In this document: piece after piece, positions 13,126 to 27,786 of the stretch
Layout of the letters: every line of letters begins with the position of its first letter
Numbering within the stretch: position 1 is the stretch's first letter
DNA from: Octopus vulgaris
Lineage: Eukaryota
Direction: 5' to 3'
DNA length: 64,000 nt
NCBI GenBank assembly: GCA_951406725.2
Contig: OX597830.1
Coordinates: 55,862,001 to 55,926,000 of the forward strand
Made by a program: the position numbers and the translations under genes
The notes under the pieces: model-generated
What the model saw: only the letters and a program-made list of their open reading frames with translations
Told to the model about the DNA's origin: nothing
Databases searched by the model: none

Positions 13126-13891
13126 TGTGACGGACGGACGGATGGACAAACAGACGGACATACATACATACATACATAATGTTATTGAAGTGAGTGGCTG
13201 TATGCACATCAGACAAAACATTAGTGCCACAGACAAAATGTCCGGTGGTAGTTCTTCTGGTTCTTGACATTCTGAGTTCAAATCTCGACAGTGTCGACTT
13301 TACCATTCACTTTTACAAAGTTGATAAAATAAAGTACCAGTAAAATACTGGGGTTAATGTAAACAACTAACCATCTCCTCCTAAAATTACAGGCCATGTA
13401 ATAAAATTTGAAATCATCATCATTGTTATTATTACTATTATCAACATTGCCTTTCATCCTTTCGGGGCCAATGAAATAAGTACCAGTAATGCACTGGGAC
13501 TGATGTATTCAACTAGCGCCTTCCCCAAAAATTTCAGGCTTTGTGCCTATAGTAGAAAGGATTATTTGCTTGTATATTTTGATGTCTTTCGTTTCTCCAA
13601 TTTTCATTGTATGTCTGAGTCATAATTGTGTTTTTATGTTATTTTTACATTAAAATGCTAATAAATATACAAGTAAATCAAACTAAAAAAAAAAAGTAAA
13701 ATATTGTAGACACAAATAAAAATGAGAAAAAAATTATGTGACGTGTGCATATATAAATTCATTGTGTGTGTGTATTGGTGTGTATTACAAACGGTAATGT
13801 AGCAGATAGGGACATAAAAGGCGAAAGAAAGAAAGCAAAAAGAGAAAAAGACAAGCATTAAAGCAACAAAGTAATATGTAAAATATATATG

Positions 13892-13987
<96 letters not shown>

Positions 13988-14805
13988 CAGGTTCTAGTTT
14001 TGAAAATGCAACTCTTTTATCTGTTCTCTTCCTGTGTTACACAAAAGGAATTCAACTTGAAAATTATTATATGACATATATATGCAATTGTGTGAATACA
14101 TATGGATGAATTAAGTGAGTGTGTGTGTGTGTGCCTGGATGTGTGCATGTGTGCATGCATGCATGAGAGTGTCTCTGTGTGTGTGTGTGTCACAGACTCT
14201 CCCGTCGTTTGATGACATGTGAGTGTTCTGCAATTTCCTGCCGAACAACCCACACAGACAATTTGTTTACAATGATAAAATGTTTGCGTGTGCACATAAG
14301 CTCCCTTCCTGCATCGAATTAACAATACCTGTGCAGGTGCATGAAATGCCACATGTCTGATAATGAAACGGTCGCAGAGCGACAGGAAATGAAGTGTTCT
14401 GCTCAAGAATGCAACACAATGCCTGATCTGGTAATCGAAACAACAATCATCATCATCACCATCATCATCAACGTCATCATTTAACATCCGTTTTCCATGC
14501 TGGCATGGGTTGGACAGTTCATGGTTAGAAAACCAGGTGACCACGTCAAACTCTACTTTCAGGTTTGGAATTTGTTACTATGGTTGGATGCCCTTCCTAA
14601 CAGCAACCACCAGCACCAGTGAGGTCACCAAGTAACTTGTATGACAAAGAACCTCCTCAACTTTGTGCCAAGTGATAAGCGGTAAAACTATGATAGAGGG
14701 ACAGAAACAGGTGTCTTGCTGTGCAGGAGATACATTACTGCCCTAGTCAGACAGAGAAAGAGAAGATGGCGGAGAAGATATGCCAGGGCATACCCTCAAG
14801 GTATA

Positions 14806-15038
14806 TAATTCTTTACTACCCACAAAGGGCTAAACACAGAGGGGACAAACAAGGACAGACAAAGGGATTAAGTCGATTACATCGACCCCAGTGCGTTAAC
14901 TGGTACTTAATTTATTGACCCTGAAAGGATGAAAGGCAAAGTCGACCTCAGCGGAATTTGAATTGGAAGGTAACAGCAGACGAAATACGGCTACGCATTT
15001 CGCCCGGCATGCTAATGTTTCTGCCAGCTCACCACCTT
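14806..15038 (-). mobile_element. SINE family B with TSD
   Basis: 15-bp TSD taccctcaaggtata at 14791-14805 and 15039-15053. Confidence 0.9.
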
Positions 15039-16395
15039 TACCCTCAAGGTATAAGGAGATGAATATAAGGAGAGTGGTATAGAGGATTGAACAGGGTGAG
15101 TGAGCAGGGAGTTCACGAGGGTGCAAAAGGAGAGTTGGAGAGAGAGAGAGAGAGGGAAGTAAAAGAAGAATACAGTGAGTGATGAACATGAGAGTACAGT
15201 GGAGCAGCAGGAATGACAATGATGCAGTTGACAGGGAGAGGACAGGAGAGAGAGAGAGATGACAAAGTGGTGATGGGTTGCAGAAACAGGGGAGGAAGAG
15301 GCAAGCGTACCGTATGAAGAGAAGTGGCTTGATTCATTCGGTGCCAGGGAACAGAAGAAAGAAGAAGAAAGAAGACATGCACCCAATACCAGAGCTGAAG
15401 ACACGTCCGAAAGTGGGGCCCTGCCACGTCAAAACGGTAGAGGAGTAGGGGCCAAAACCGGACATGGTTCCTCCTGATGATGTCTTGAGCTAACTGGATC
15501 CTATAAAGGAGCTGTAGTGGTAGCAGACCACAAAACACGGTTGTAATTCCTCAGAATGTGTAGATGAAGAACACATAATACACAGTGCTTCCAGAACTCA
15601 GTTTCACAGGTCTCCTCAAAAAGCTCATATCACCAGACATCTCTTCCATGAGGCTCAACATCTTCAGATCATTCCTCACTACTTCATCTCATATTTTCCA
15701 CAAGTACTATCCACTTTATGCAATTGGCACTTAAAAAAAATAGCTGGCCGAGACCTGCAGTAAAACACGTGCCTCAGGTGTCATACAGTGGAACAGAACA
15801 CAAAAACATGGTTGTCAGGCAAACATCTTAAGCCCACACATACATGTGTAAACACACACACACACATACACACATTCACGTGTACATATACACCCTCACA
15901 TATCGAATTACATTCTATTACGAATGCCTAAATTACTGCTTCTCATCTTGTAAGAGTTATTACCAATTTCTTAATTAACACTAACATAGGAATTAATTCC
16001 CACTGTGTAAACCAAATTAACATATTTTATTCGGCCATAACTGCAAGCAGTTATTTTTATCAATAACTTGGAACATAAATAAACAAGATCAGCAGAAGAA
16101 TTAAGATTGTGTGAGACCACATGCAACCAGCTTTTTACACTGCTCAAGGTTATATACCCTACATTCTGTAAGCAAGACAAAATATTTCTTTCGCTCAAGC
16201 CAGTCCCTTGCTGCTCTGTGCTTTTGCCTGTGGGTGCACAGGGTTGTCAGGTAAGTTATCTGCCATGACTTGTCTGACGACTCTGTGTACCCATAGATGA
16301 ATCTCAGAATAGTAAGATTCAACCAAAATAAAATATTAATCTCTACTCTAGTTTCAAGTACTCTTTTTTTCCAACAGTCAACACTAAACAAAAGG

Positions 16396-16722
16396 CTATA
16401 TATAAACGGCAAAATGTCTGTGTGTGTGTCCTTTATACAAATCCACAATTTTTCAGTTAGAGGGCTGGCTCTTTCTATAGTCATTCAAAACCGTCCAAGG
16501 GTGGTCGTGCACATCTTTACATTTCCCCAGTCACCACGCAAAGCCATTAAAAAATCAATAGAAGTGACTTTTTTGTGAATTTTCTATCCAAAACCCAATC
16601 AAAATGCACGAAACTTGATACGCCAATTGAATGCCAGCTAGCTGTATGTGATTGGTCGGTACTCGCGTGTATGTGCGCACGCACACAGCTGTATATGACC
16701 CGGCGTTGCCGGGTCATAGTGC
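16396..16722 (+). mobile_element. Non-autonomous Helitron-like element (copy 1)
   Basis: Near-identical to 18954-19314. 3' hairpin atgacccggc-gtt-gccgggtcat; the terminal CTAG is lost at a junction with an RTE tail. Confidence 0.75.
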
Positions 16723-17131
16723 CAAGCATGGGTTGGATGGTTACATGGGAGTTGATAAGGCCAGGGGCCACACCAGGCTCCTTTGTTTGTTTTGGCATGG
16801 CTTCTGTAGCTGGATGTCCTTCCTAATGTGAACCACATTACAGAGTGTACTGGGTGCTTTTTTACATGGTCCCAGCACCAGTGCTCTTTATGTAGCACCA
16901 TCACTGTGTGTATGTGTGTTTATATTGTATATGGAACAAAGAAATATGACATGGAGACAAAGCGAAAAACAAACACAGAGTGCATTAAATTTACACTCAG
17001 ATGTGTGTGTGTGTGCATGTATAAGTCATAAATACGTCTCACCCTCTCACCCATACTCATTATCCACCCTTAGTTACCAATAGTGCAAGAACTTCCATGA
17101 TTTGTTAAACAGTTACAATATTTTAACTCAC

Positions 17132-17280
17132 CCATTTCTTTTCCATTGCTGATAGACATTCAGATAAGTTAAATGGTCACTCTCAGGCACTTGGAACTTC
17201 TCTCTTGAAGAATCGGAATCTTCTTCTCGTCCTTTTGGTCTGTAGAATATGGCGGGCACAGATAGCATTGAAACAATTAC
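17132..17280 (-). CDS. DHX38: DHX38/PRP16 pre-mRNA splicing DEAH-box helicase, internal exon (149 nt, phase 0 to 2)
   Basis: Minus-strand translation [50 protein letters not shown] matches the PRP16/DHX38 HA2-region sequence as I recall it ([39 protein letters not shown]). Acceptor ttttcctttctctag, donor GG|gtgagt. Confidence 0.96.
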
Positions 17281-17644
17281 CTAGAGAAAGGAAAAAAAAA
17301 AAAATTAGCAATGAATGTTAAGAAACTCTGTGGAAAGTTCCTTGTTTTTAAAGGTACAAACCCCACTTCTAGTTGTAATAATTTCTCTTCCTTTACATTT
17401 TTCTATATATATGTACCTTTACACCCCTCCATATATCTATCTATCTACCTGCCTGCCTGTCTATCTACATATCAATCTATCTCTTTAACTATGTATCTAT
17501 TTGTATGTCTAACTATTTATCTAGCAATATATCCATCTGTCTATTCATATATCTGCTTACTTACCTCTGTATATGTCTGCCCAGCTATCTATAAATCTGT
17601 ATTATCTGTTTGTCTAGCTATGTATCTGCCTATCTATCTATCTA

Positions 17645-17681
<37 letters not shown>

Positions 17682-17740
17682 TTATCTATCTATCTACCTA
17701 CCTACCTATCTATCTATCTGTCTATCTATCTATCTATCTG

Positions 17741-17776
<36 letters not shown>

Positions 17777-17784
17777 CTTATCTG

Positions 17785-17824
<40 letters not shown>

Positions 17825-18953
17825 CTTATCTATCTATGGTAACACTAACATAACAATCCGTCTATATTCACCTACTTGTCTCTCTGTCCAGTCAGCTATT
17901 TATCAATTACATGTACATATAGACACCCTGAAACATGTCTATCTGTGGGAGTGGGGTATGTATGTGTCAGTTTAGGAAAAGGTGGGGAAGGCATGGGAGC
18001 CTGCCATGTAAGTCAAATACCACAAAATTCATACTAACACCAAATTAAAAGTACAATGCTCAACCTTCATAAATAAATGACAATAACGATAACGTATATT
18101 CTTGATGTTTTAAACATGATGTTGTTTTATTGCTGCTGTCATTTGACTGTGGCCATGCTGGAGCACCTCCTTTAATCGAACATATCGACCCCAGGACTTA
18201 CAAATAAGCCTAGTACTTATTCTATCAGTCTCTTTTGCTGAACCGATAAGTTATGGGGATGTAAACACACCAACATCGGTTTTTAAGCGATGGTAGGGGT
18301 ATAGACACACACACACAAATACACACACGACGGGCTTCTTTTAGTTTCTGTCTACTAAATCCACTCACAAGGCTTTGGTTGGCCCAAGGCCATAGTAGAA
18401 GACACTTGCCCAAGTTGCCATGCTGTGGGACTGAACCCAGAAGCATGTGATTGGGAAGCAAGCTTCTTGTCAAACAGTATGCAACATAAATACACAATCT
18501 GTGTTGGTGCTGTGGCTGCTGAGCTGGTACAGTCATCAGGAGCAAATCAGAAAACTGCTCTGCAGAATTTATTGTCTCTAGATGCACTTTACTGCATTCT
18601 GAGTTTATATCCAGCCATGGTCAACTTAACATTTTATCCTTCCAGGTTCAATAAAGTACCAGTCTAGAGTACATGACTGGTGGAATTGTTAAATTATCAA
18701 ACAAGGTGCCTATTTCAACTTTATCTTCTTCTGGATCAACAGCATAGTTGTTTATCGTTTGGTCAAGAGAATTGTCATACAGGATATAAAACTCATGTTT
18801 TTGGCTATGGTGTTTTGCATAATCATGGCTGACCACCAGGATAGTGCACCACCACCATGGATTTGTTGTTATACACTCATTGCAAATGACTGAGACACCA
18901 ATGAAGGTTTAATATACTGTTCATCTTTTGAGGAGAGTTTTCATTTAAAATAA

Positions 18954-19314
18954 TCACTATATATATAAACAGCAAAATGTCTGTCTGTCTGTGTGTCCTT
19001 TATACAAATCCACAATTTTTCAGTTAGAGGGCTCGCACTTTCTATGGTCATTTAAAACCGTCCAAGGGTGGTCGTGCACATCTTTACATTTCCCCAGCAA
19101 AGCCATTAAAAAAATCAATAGAAGTGACTTTTTTGTGAATTTTCTATCCAAAACCCAATCAAAATGCCCGAAACTTGATACGCCAATTGAATGCCAGCTA
19201 GCTGTATGTGATTGGTCGGAAATTTGGACAGTACTCGCGTGTATGTGCACACGCACGCAGCTGTATATGCATGCAATAGCAATATGACCCGGCAACGCCG
19301 GGTCATACTGCTAG
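18954..19314 (+). mobile_element. Non-autonomous Helitron (copy 2), intact ends
   Basis: A|TC...CTAG|T insertion with no TSD. 11-bp GC hairpin tatgacccggc-aac-gccgggtcata (19283-19307) just before CTAG. Confidence 0.85.
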
Positions 19315-19454
19315 TTATAATATATTTCTTAAAGGCAACAGAATCACTAAATAAAGACACATCAGCAGCAAGTTATGTATGCCAAGGAAGGAGGTAAATG
19401 AGATGATGTGACTTCCCCACAAAATTACCTAAGCAATTTTTCATAAGACTCAAG

Positions 19455-19735
19455 GCCATTAGTTCGATTCCTGGTGGTGTGTTGCATCCTTGAGCAAGAC
19501 ACTTTATTCCACATTGCTCCAGTCCACTCAGCTGGCAAAAATGAGTTGTACCTGCAATTCAAAGAGCCAGTCTTGTCACACTCTGTGTCACACTGAATCT
19601 CCCTGAGAACTACATTAAGAGTATATGTGTCTGTGGAGTACTCGGCCACATGCATGTTAATTTCATGAGCAGGCTGTCCCATAGATCAGATCAACTGGAA
19701 TCCTAATTGCTGTAACTGATGGAGAGCCAGTTACT
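19455..19735 (+). mobile_element. 5'-truncated SINE with a CORE-like central domain (related to family C)
   Basis: gttcgattcc B-box followed by ccttgagcaagacactttattccacattgctccagtccactcagctg, as in 44141-44480, but with a different 3' tail. Confidence 0.65.
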
Positions 19736-22427
19736 TTTGGGATATCAAAGTGTGATATTTTGGTTTGGTTTCAATATTTTATTAGTAAGAATCATTGAGC
19801 CTAGTAAGTTTATTCTTATCCAGCTTCCTAGCTTACAACACTTGGTCTCCTTATTCATAATACAGTTGCATTAGATGAAGGACAATCTTTTGATACCTTT
19901 AAAAAAGTTTTTTTTTTAAAAAAAGGGCATCTTATCATCATCATCGTTTAACGTCCGTTTTCCATGCTAGCATGGGATGGACAGTTCGACCGGGGTCTGG
20001 GAAGCCAGGAGGCTGCACCAGGCTCCAGTCTGATCTGGCAGTGTTTCTACAGCTGGATGCCCTTCCTAACGCCAACCACTCCATGAGTGTAGTGGGTGCT
20101 TTTTGCGTGCCACCAGCACAGGTGCCAGGGTAGGCTGGCAAGGGCCATGATTAGTTGGTGCTTTTTACGTGCCACTGGCACGGAAGCCAGCCAAGGTGGC
20201 ACTGGCATCGGCCACATACAGATGGTGCTTTTTACGTGCCAGGGTAATGCAAGCAAATATGGTAACTGAAACAAAGACGGTGTATTTCAACAAAAATAAG
20301 GTAATGCAAAGGTTAATGATAACAAAGTTGTTATACTAAGGTCTTCGTTATTTTCAAAATAAATGAAACAAAGAAAGTGTTACAACAGTTAATGAGAACT
20401 CATTAACTGAGGTATGGGCCCAGAAAGGAACTTTTTAAAAATTTTCCTAGAAAGGTCATTCGTTGTATGATCCTAACAAAGTCAATGTAATGTGGTCTTA
20501 GAAACGCTATTATAACGTAGTTCCAGAAAGTTTAATGTAACATAGCCTTCTTCCCTAGTGTTAACCTAAAAACCATCTACCAAGATATATCGTCCAAAAC
20601 TGTTGAAAAGATAAAAGTGACAGAGTACAAGAAGTGAAGGAAGTATAAGAAGAGTGACATAATAGTTTGCGTAACTCTGCAAGTTGTAATTTTGTTATAA
20701 TTGATTGCACAAGCATGACTTCATGCTTGACACGTGTCTGTGTGTACCTATGGGTAGAGAAAGAGAGATTTGTAGACAAAGCCAGATTCCCGGAGAAAGT
20801 GACACAAAGATTCATAAATAGACTCATACTGCTTCAATTCTCATAACCACAAATCTCCCACAACCGAAATATCTAATCCTGTTTAACAGGAATCTGAAAC
20901 GTTAATTATTTCGCAAAGGTATGTTCTATTAATTAGCTTTGCTCCCAGACTCACATCAACACAGTCCAATAACTGTGGGAAGATTATGGCGTCAATTGAA
21001 CAGCTAAACATAGCAGCCCAACAAATCTGACTCTACAAATTTCTTCTATCTTGGGCCACAGATGCACCAATGGAAGAAGCTTCCAAGTAAATCACTCTAC
21101 TTATTTAAATTATCAATCATACCTGCTGTGCTTGAGGAGACGTATTGAGTCAAGTACATGAGCATCAAAATAAATATCAAACGGAAATTGTAGTTGTGAT
21201 ACCTGTACCGGTGGCACGTAAAAACCACCAACCGATCATGGCCGCTGCCAGCCTCCCTGGCACGTAAAAAGCACCCACTACACTCACAGAGTGGTTGGCG
21301 TTAGAAAGAGCATCCAGCTGTAGAAACACTGCCAGATCAGACTGGAGCCTGGTGCGGCCTCCTGGCTTCCCAGACCCCGGTCGAACCGTCCAACCCGTGC
21401 TAGCACGGAAAACGTATGATGATGATGATAACTCTAAACAAACTCCCTATTATCTTTAAAATTAGGATAATAAAAGGGATCAAACAATAAAATTGCCATC
21501 TATTTTTAAAATGAAGACACCATGCTCTTAAGTGCCTTTAGCAGGGTCCACTCTGTTGCAGGCAAGTATTCAGGCCAAGTCTCCAGCTTGAAGATATCTT
21601 CCCTCCTCCCACCAGTCTTGTTGGGGATCTGTTAGGGGTGAGGAACACTGGCCTTCCCTCTTGACTAAAAGATAAAAATATTAATAAATAAAACCAGCAA
21701 GAGCACTTTCTCAAAGACATTCAGTTTATTCAATGTAACAGCTGAGTCCTCCAAGAAATTTCATAATATTTTTAAGATAAATTCCATGAAAACCTTTAAT
21801 GTCACAGTAACTTATCCTTCTCAATATAACAGCCAGGTAATCCTCAACAAATTTACCATTCTTTTATTTAATATTTTTTTGTTTCAATCAGTGGACTACA
21901 GCCATGCTGGAGTACCATGTTGAAGGGTTTGAGCCCAACAGATTAACTCTAGTGATATTTTTAAAGTTTGGTGCATTGGCCTCTTACGCTAAACCACAGA
22001 GTTAAGGGACATAAACAAACCAGCATCAGTTGTCAAGTGGGGGACAAACACAAGCATCCACACACATACACAAGATGGGCTTCCATATAATTTCTGTCTA
22101 CCAAATTCACTCACAAAGTGCTAGTTGGCTTGAAGTTTTAACAGAAGACACCCAATGCCATGCAATGCAACTAAATCCAAAACCATAATGTTAAAAGGAA
22201 GCTTCCACACCACACGAACATGTAATTGTTTTCTTTTATTCTTTTATATGTTTCAGCCCTAAGGCTGTGGCCATGCAGGAGCATTTATGATTTTTTTTTT
22301 TTCAAATTAGGATCATACAAGCCCTATAAGAGATTGTATGAAATCAACTTAACAGTAATGTCACAATCAAATCTATTTCAATCAGATAATGACCATCTTT
22401 AAAGTAGTGACCACACATATATTTATA

Positions 22428-23680
22428 TCTTAAATCTAGAGAATCAAAGGGCCTTAGAGTTAACCTAGCAAAAACCAAAGTATTAGTAAGTAGGATGGCA
22501 GACAAATCACAAATCCCTTCAGGTAGATGGCCCTGCTCGATCTGTAGAAAAGGCATAGGTAGAAACTCCATAAGATGTACCCAGTGCAAGCTTTAGACAC
22601 ATAACAGGAGCAACAATATCAGAGAAAGGTTAATATGGAATATTGCTTTTGTGTGTGGAAGATGCGTAAGTACAATAAACACCAAAAATGCACAGAAAAT
22701 AGACTCCGTAAACTGCCAGCAGGGATAAGCTAGAGGTAGTAGATAGTTTCTGTTATCTAGGTGATCATATTAGTAGCAGAGGTGGATGTGTTGAGACCAT
22801 AATTGTGAGAATAAGATTAGGTTGGGCAAAGTTCAGAGAGCTCCTCCCTCTACTGGCAACAAAGGGCTTCTTTCTCAGAGTGAAAGACAGATTGTATGAT
22901 GCCTGTGTGCAAACAGCTAAGCTACATAGCAGTGAAACATGGGCTGTGACAGCTGAGGACACGCGTAGGCTTGAAAGAAATGAAGTCAGTATGCTTCGCT
23001 GGATGTGCAATGTCGGTGTGCATGTTCGACAGAGTGTAAGCACCTTGAGAGAAAAGTTGGGAATAAGAGGCATCAGATGTGGTGTGCAAGAGAGACAACT
23101 GCACTGGTATAGTCATGTGATGCATATAGACGAAGACAGCTGTGTAAAGAAGTGCCAATCTCTAACTGTGGAGGGAACCTGTGGTAGAGGTAGACCCAGA
23201 AAACATGGGATAAGATGGTGAAGCATGATCTTCAAACTTTGGGCCTCACAGAAGCAGTAACTAGTCACCTAGATCTTTAGGGATGTGCTGTGCTTGAGAG
23301 GACCCGTCAAGCCAAGTGAAATCATAGGCATGGCTGATGCTCACCTTTCGAGCATTTGATCTCATGGAGGCATAGGGGCTGAGCTCCTTTCAAGTGTTTG
23401 GCAATGACTGAGACCTTTGGCATTATGCTGTACTTGAGAAGAAGACCATCAAACTGAGCAAAACCACAGTTGTGGCAAATACCAGTGTCATGCAAATGGC
23501 ACCCATGCTGGTAGCACATAAAAGCACTCTCTGAGTGTTTGGCATTAGGAAGGGCATTCAACCGTAGAAACCATGCCAAATCAGACTGGAGTCTTGTGCA
23601 GTCTTCCAACTTGTCAAACCGTCCAACCCATGCCAGCATAGACAATGGATGTTAAATGATGATGATGATGATGATGATAA
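22428..23680 (+). mobile_element. RTE-clade LINE, 5'-truncated, degraded
   Basis: LESKGLRVNLAKTKVL...WPCSICRKGIGRNSIRCTQC...VDSFCYLGD...RIRLGWAKFRELLPLL...RLYDACV...SETWA...GRGRPRK, then a 3' UTR ending in (ATG)n. Confidence 0.9.
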
Positions 23681-24577
23681 TAATAATGTTGGGTTACTAA
23701 ATCATTGCTGAATGTCTCTTTTGTTGTTGAATTCCTATCTATGGATCTATGGATTATTATTTGATCTCTGGGTTACAGCTGTTGGGTGTCTGCTTCACTG
23801 TTACTGATATCTAAACAACTATTGTTGTATCTCTGCTTCATACACAAATACTCAGTTTTATCTGCATCATCACAGGAATCTCTGGATGAAACCCAAATGT
23901 TTGGATTGCTGCTAGATTTGTGGATGAAGATTTGATTTCTGGTTTACTGCTATATCATTGAGTCATTGCAATATCTCAGGATCACAGCTGAACTGTTGGA
24001 TCATTGTCATATCTTTGGATTGTGCCTGATTTATTAATGGATTTCCAGATCACAGTTAGAAAATTGGATTTTTTGATGACTACCAACCCTCAATGTGCCT
24101 ACTAAATAATGTGTTTTCCATCTGTTTATCAAATTGGCTCATCTCAAAATCTCGTGCATGACATATACAGATCCTCCTATTTGCATGAACCATTAAACAA
24201 CAATAGTGACAACAACACTACTACAGGTTCTACATTCCCTCAGCCATGGCTTGTTTTATTGGTATTAAAATAATTAAAATAATACTCGGGTGTAAACCTG
24301 GGTCCCATATATGTGTGACCTGGTCATAAATGTATAAGTGTGTATTTGTGTGTGTTTGTGTATGATAAAGTTAAAAAATGTAGGTTACTGCTACTTGTCT
24401 TTTCATTGTTAATAAAGTGAAAATACATGGAATTTATTAAAAGCTCTAATCGGAGGCAGTCAATAGTGTCCATGAAAAGAAAACAATCTAAACAATCTGC
24501 AATCTGAGGCAGTAAATAAGCTTACAGAGGCAGTTTTGGCTGCTAAATTTTGTAGGTCAAACTACTACATAGAAACT

Positions 24578-24935
24578 GTGTGGCCCTTATTTTATATACA
24601 GGTATTTATCAAGGAGATAGAGTAATTTTTTCTTGGGTTGAAAATAGCCCATATTTTGAAAATAGATGGGCATTTAGTGAGTCAGATTGAGCAAGCTTTT
24701 TACTGGGTTGTGTGGCCCTTATTTTGAAAACAGTTGGATGTTTAGTGAGGTGAATTGAGCAAATCTTTTTCTGGGTTGCATGGTCCCTGTTATGAAAACA
24801 CTTGAGAGTTTATTGAGAGGGATTGATTTTTCTTTTTATTGGGTTGTATGGTATCTGTTTTGAAAACAATTGAGAATTTATCAAGAGAAACTAAGTTTAT
24901 CACTGGTTTGTACGGTTCCTATTTTCAAAGGAATA
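24578..24935. repeat. Degenerate ~68-bp tandem repeat (5-6 units)
   Basis: Recurring tgggttg..tggcccttattttgaaaa..g.tgg...tttagtgag...attgagcaa..ttttt. Related fragments at ~25955-26030. Confidence 0.7.
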
Positions 24936-26834
24936 TTCTCTGTATTTGCTTTGAAGGGTTTTTGTCAAACAAATTCAGTCCAGGACTTATTTTTCATTTT
25001 TTCAAGAGTCTGGATACTTATTCTATTGGTCTGTTTTGCCAAACTACTTAGTTCAGAGCTGTAAACAAACCAACTGCTGTTGTTGAGTGGTGGTGGATGA
25101 CACACACACACACACACACACATGGAGGGTTTCCACATAGTTTCCATTGACCAAACTCTCTCTCAAGGCAGTGTTCAACCCTGGGCTATAGTAGAAGACA
25201 CTCACCCAAGGTGCTGTGCAATGGGGCTGATTCTAAAATCACATCATCATCATCGTCGTTTAACGTCCGTTCTCCATGCTAGCATGGGTTGGACGGATTT
25301 CAAAGTAATCTTCTTAACCACATAAATATTTTCTCAGTTTCTGATAATGTCATTTTAACCCCAGGTGGGCCCTGATCAATAAGATATGTTATCAAAGGTA
25401 TTCCATTCATGACCAACCTTTCTGATTTTTGTATGTAGAGAAATAAGATCCCTTTTATCTAATATGTCTGTTTTTCTTTTTAAATTGTAGCTTGTGATTT
25501 AGTGGAGATTTGGTTACTATTTCTTGTATGTCTAGTTATCATATAGAAGCCTCTTTATCTGCTGAGAGGAGACATGATTGTTAGGTGAAGTGAGGTGAGT
25601 TTCTCTGTAGGGGACAGAAAACTGTGTCATGTTGCTGTTGGACAGGACTCATGGGTGCTAGATATAATGAGGTGAAAGAACTGGTAGTGTCTTTCCATAT
25701 GTTAATCACAAAGGAACTGTGTAGCATGTCTGTGTATGGCATGTTACTCTGAGTGAGTCTGTGATTTGTTTTGTTGGGTAGAAGGAGACAGACCAGTGTT
25801 CTGTAACAACCCACCAACAGTTCGATTATTACTAAGATATGTTACTGCCTTGACATGGTCCTTCGACCTGATAGAAATTGCAGTTAAATTACCCTCAAAT
25901 CACTCTAGCATTTTTTTAAAAAAAAGGGAACGCATAGTATATATGAGTTTTTTATGGGGTAGTGTGGTTCCTATTTTGAAGTTCACTACTAGTTTGTTTG
26001 GTCCCTGTTTTAAAGGAATTTTCTTTAAATTTGTCGAGAGAGAAAGAAAAAGAGAGGGGGTGAGAGTGAGAGAGTGGAAGATTATGTAGTTTTTTCATAA
26101 ACATTTCTCCTTTCACTTGTTTCAGTTATTGGACTGTAGCCATGCTGGAGCAGAGTCTTGAAGGGTTTTACTTGAATAAATTCACACCAGCCAATACTTT
26201 TTCCTTTTTATTTTTTTAGCCTGATACCTAATCTGTCAGTCTCTTACGTCAAACTGCTTGTAGCAACCAAATTCCTCTCAGCTCTCACCATAGCATTTTA
26301 AAAGGAGTTCATGTATAGTATTCTTGTGTGACAGGGTAATGGGTGGTCAATGTGGTGAGCGTGATCATTACCAGCGTCACTTACTGGCACACGAGCCCTG
26401 TGCTAGTAGGGTATTAAGAGCACCATCTGAGCGTGATCGTTGCCAGAGTGGCTATCTGGCCTCTGTGCCGGTGGCATGTAAAAGACACCATTCAAGCGTG
26501 ATCGTTACCAGCATCGCCTTACTGGCACCCGTGCCGGTGGCATGTGCAAAAGATTCGAGTAAGGTCGTTGCCAGTACCACCTGTCTGGCACGTAAAAGCA
26601 CCCACTACACTCTTGGAGTGGTTGGCATTAGGAAGAGCATCCAGCTGTAGAAACACACCCAGATTAGACTGGAGCCTGGTGCAACCATCTAGTTCGCCAG
26701 TCCTCAGTCAATTGTCCAACCCATGCTGACATGGAACGCGGATGTTAAACAATGATGATATATCATATTACAGCACTTACCTAGCATACCTAATCATTTA
26801 GATCACCTGTGAACTAAAGCCCCATAATTTGTAG

Positions 26835-26874
<40 letters not shown>

Positions 26875-26909
26875 TTAATACTTTATATATATATAATATA
26901 CATTTACTC

Positions 26910-26962
<53 letters not shown>

Positions 26963-27407
26963 ACACGTATGTATGTATGTGTGTGTGTTATTGTGTGTGT
27001 CTGTGTATACATCTATATCTATAAGTATACATACATCTTCATATGCAAATGTGCAAGGGCTAGGATATATGCAGAAGTTGCATAACACCTAGAATAAAAA
27101 TCCGGTTGATAAAAGCCTGGTATTGGCTAAAAGCAGCTGAATTGTCCTAAAGCATTCACATTTCAGTTCAGACTTAACTGCACCCTCATTGTTTACTGTT
27201 GTCCAAAACATCCTGGTTTTGACGCCACAGAGAGAGAAAGGAACAAATAGTGAGAAAATGAAAGAGGCCAAGCAAGAGGAGATTAACAAAAGAAAGGCAA
27301 AAGGGACATAGAAATATATAACAAATGAAAACTAAGACAAAAGAGAGAAGGAGAGAGAAAGAAATACTAGATTACTTTCTTTCTCTAATTTTTTTTTTTT
27401 TTTTTTT

Positions 27408-27786
27408 TACTTGTTTCAATCATTTGACTGCAGCCATGCTGGAGCACCGCCTTTAGTCGAGCAAATCAACCCTGGGACTTATTCTTTTGTAAGCCCAGTA
27501 CTTATTCTATCGGTCTCTTTTTTTTTGCCGAACCGCTAAGTGACGGGGACGTAAACACACCAGCATCGGTTGTCAAGCAATGCTAGGGGGACAAACACAG
27601 ACACACACACATACATATATATATACATATATACGACAGGCTTCTTTCAGTTTCCGCCTACCAAATCCACTTACAAGGCATTGGTCGGCCTGGGGCTATA
27701 GCAGAAGACACTTTCCCAAAATGCCACGCAGTGGGACTGAACCCGGAACCATGCGGTTGGTTAGCAAGCTACTTACCACACAGCCA
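27408..27786 (-). mobile_element. SINE family A
   Basis: Near-identical to 8775-9172. Confidence 0.85.

Noticed and set aside
15470-15515. ctcctgatga...ggag as a hammerhead
   Set aside because: No GAAA core or stem II.
21538-21680. Minus-strand acceptor-like site followed by GC-richer sequence
   Set aside because: No DHX38 similarity and early stops; a cryptic exon cannot be supported without RNA data.
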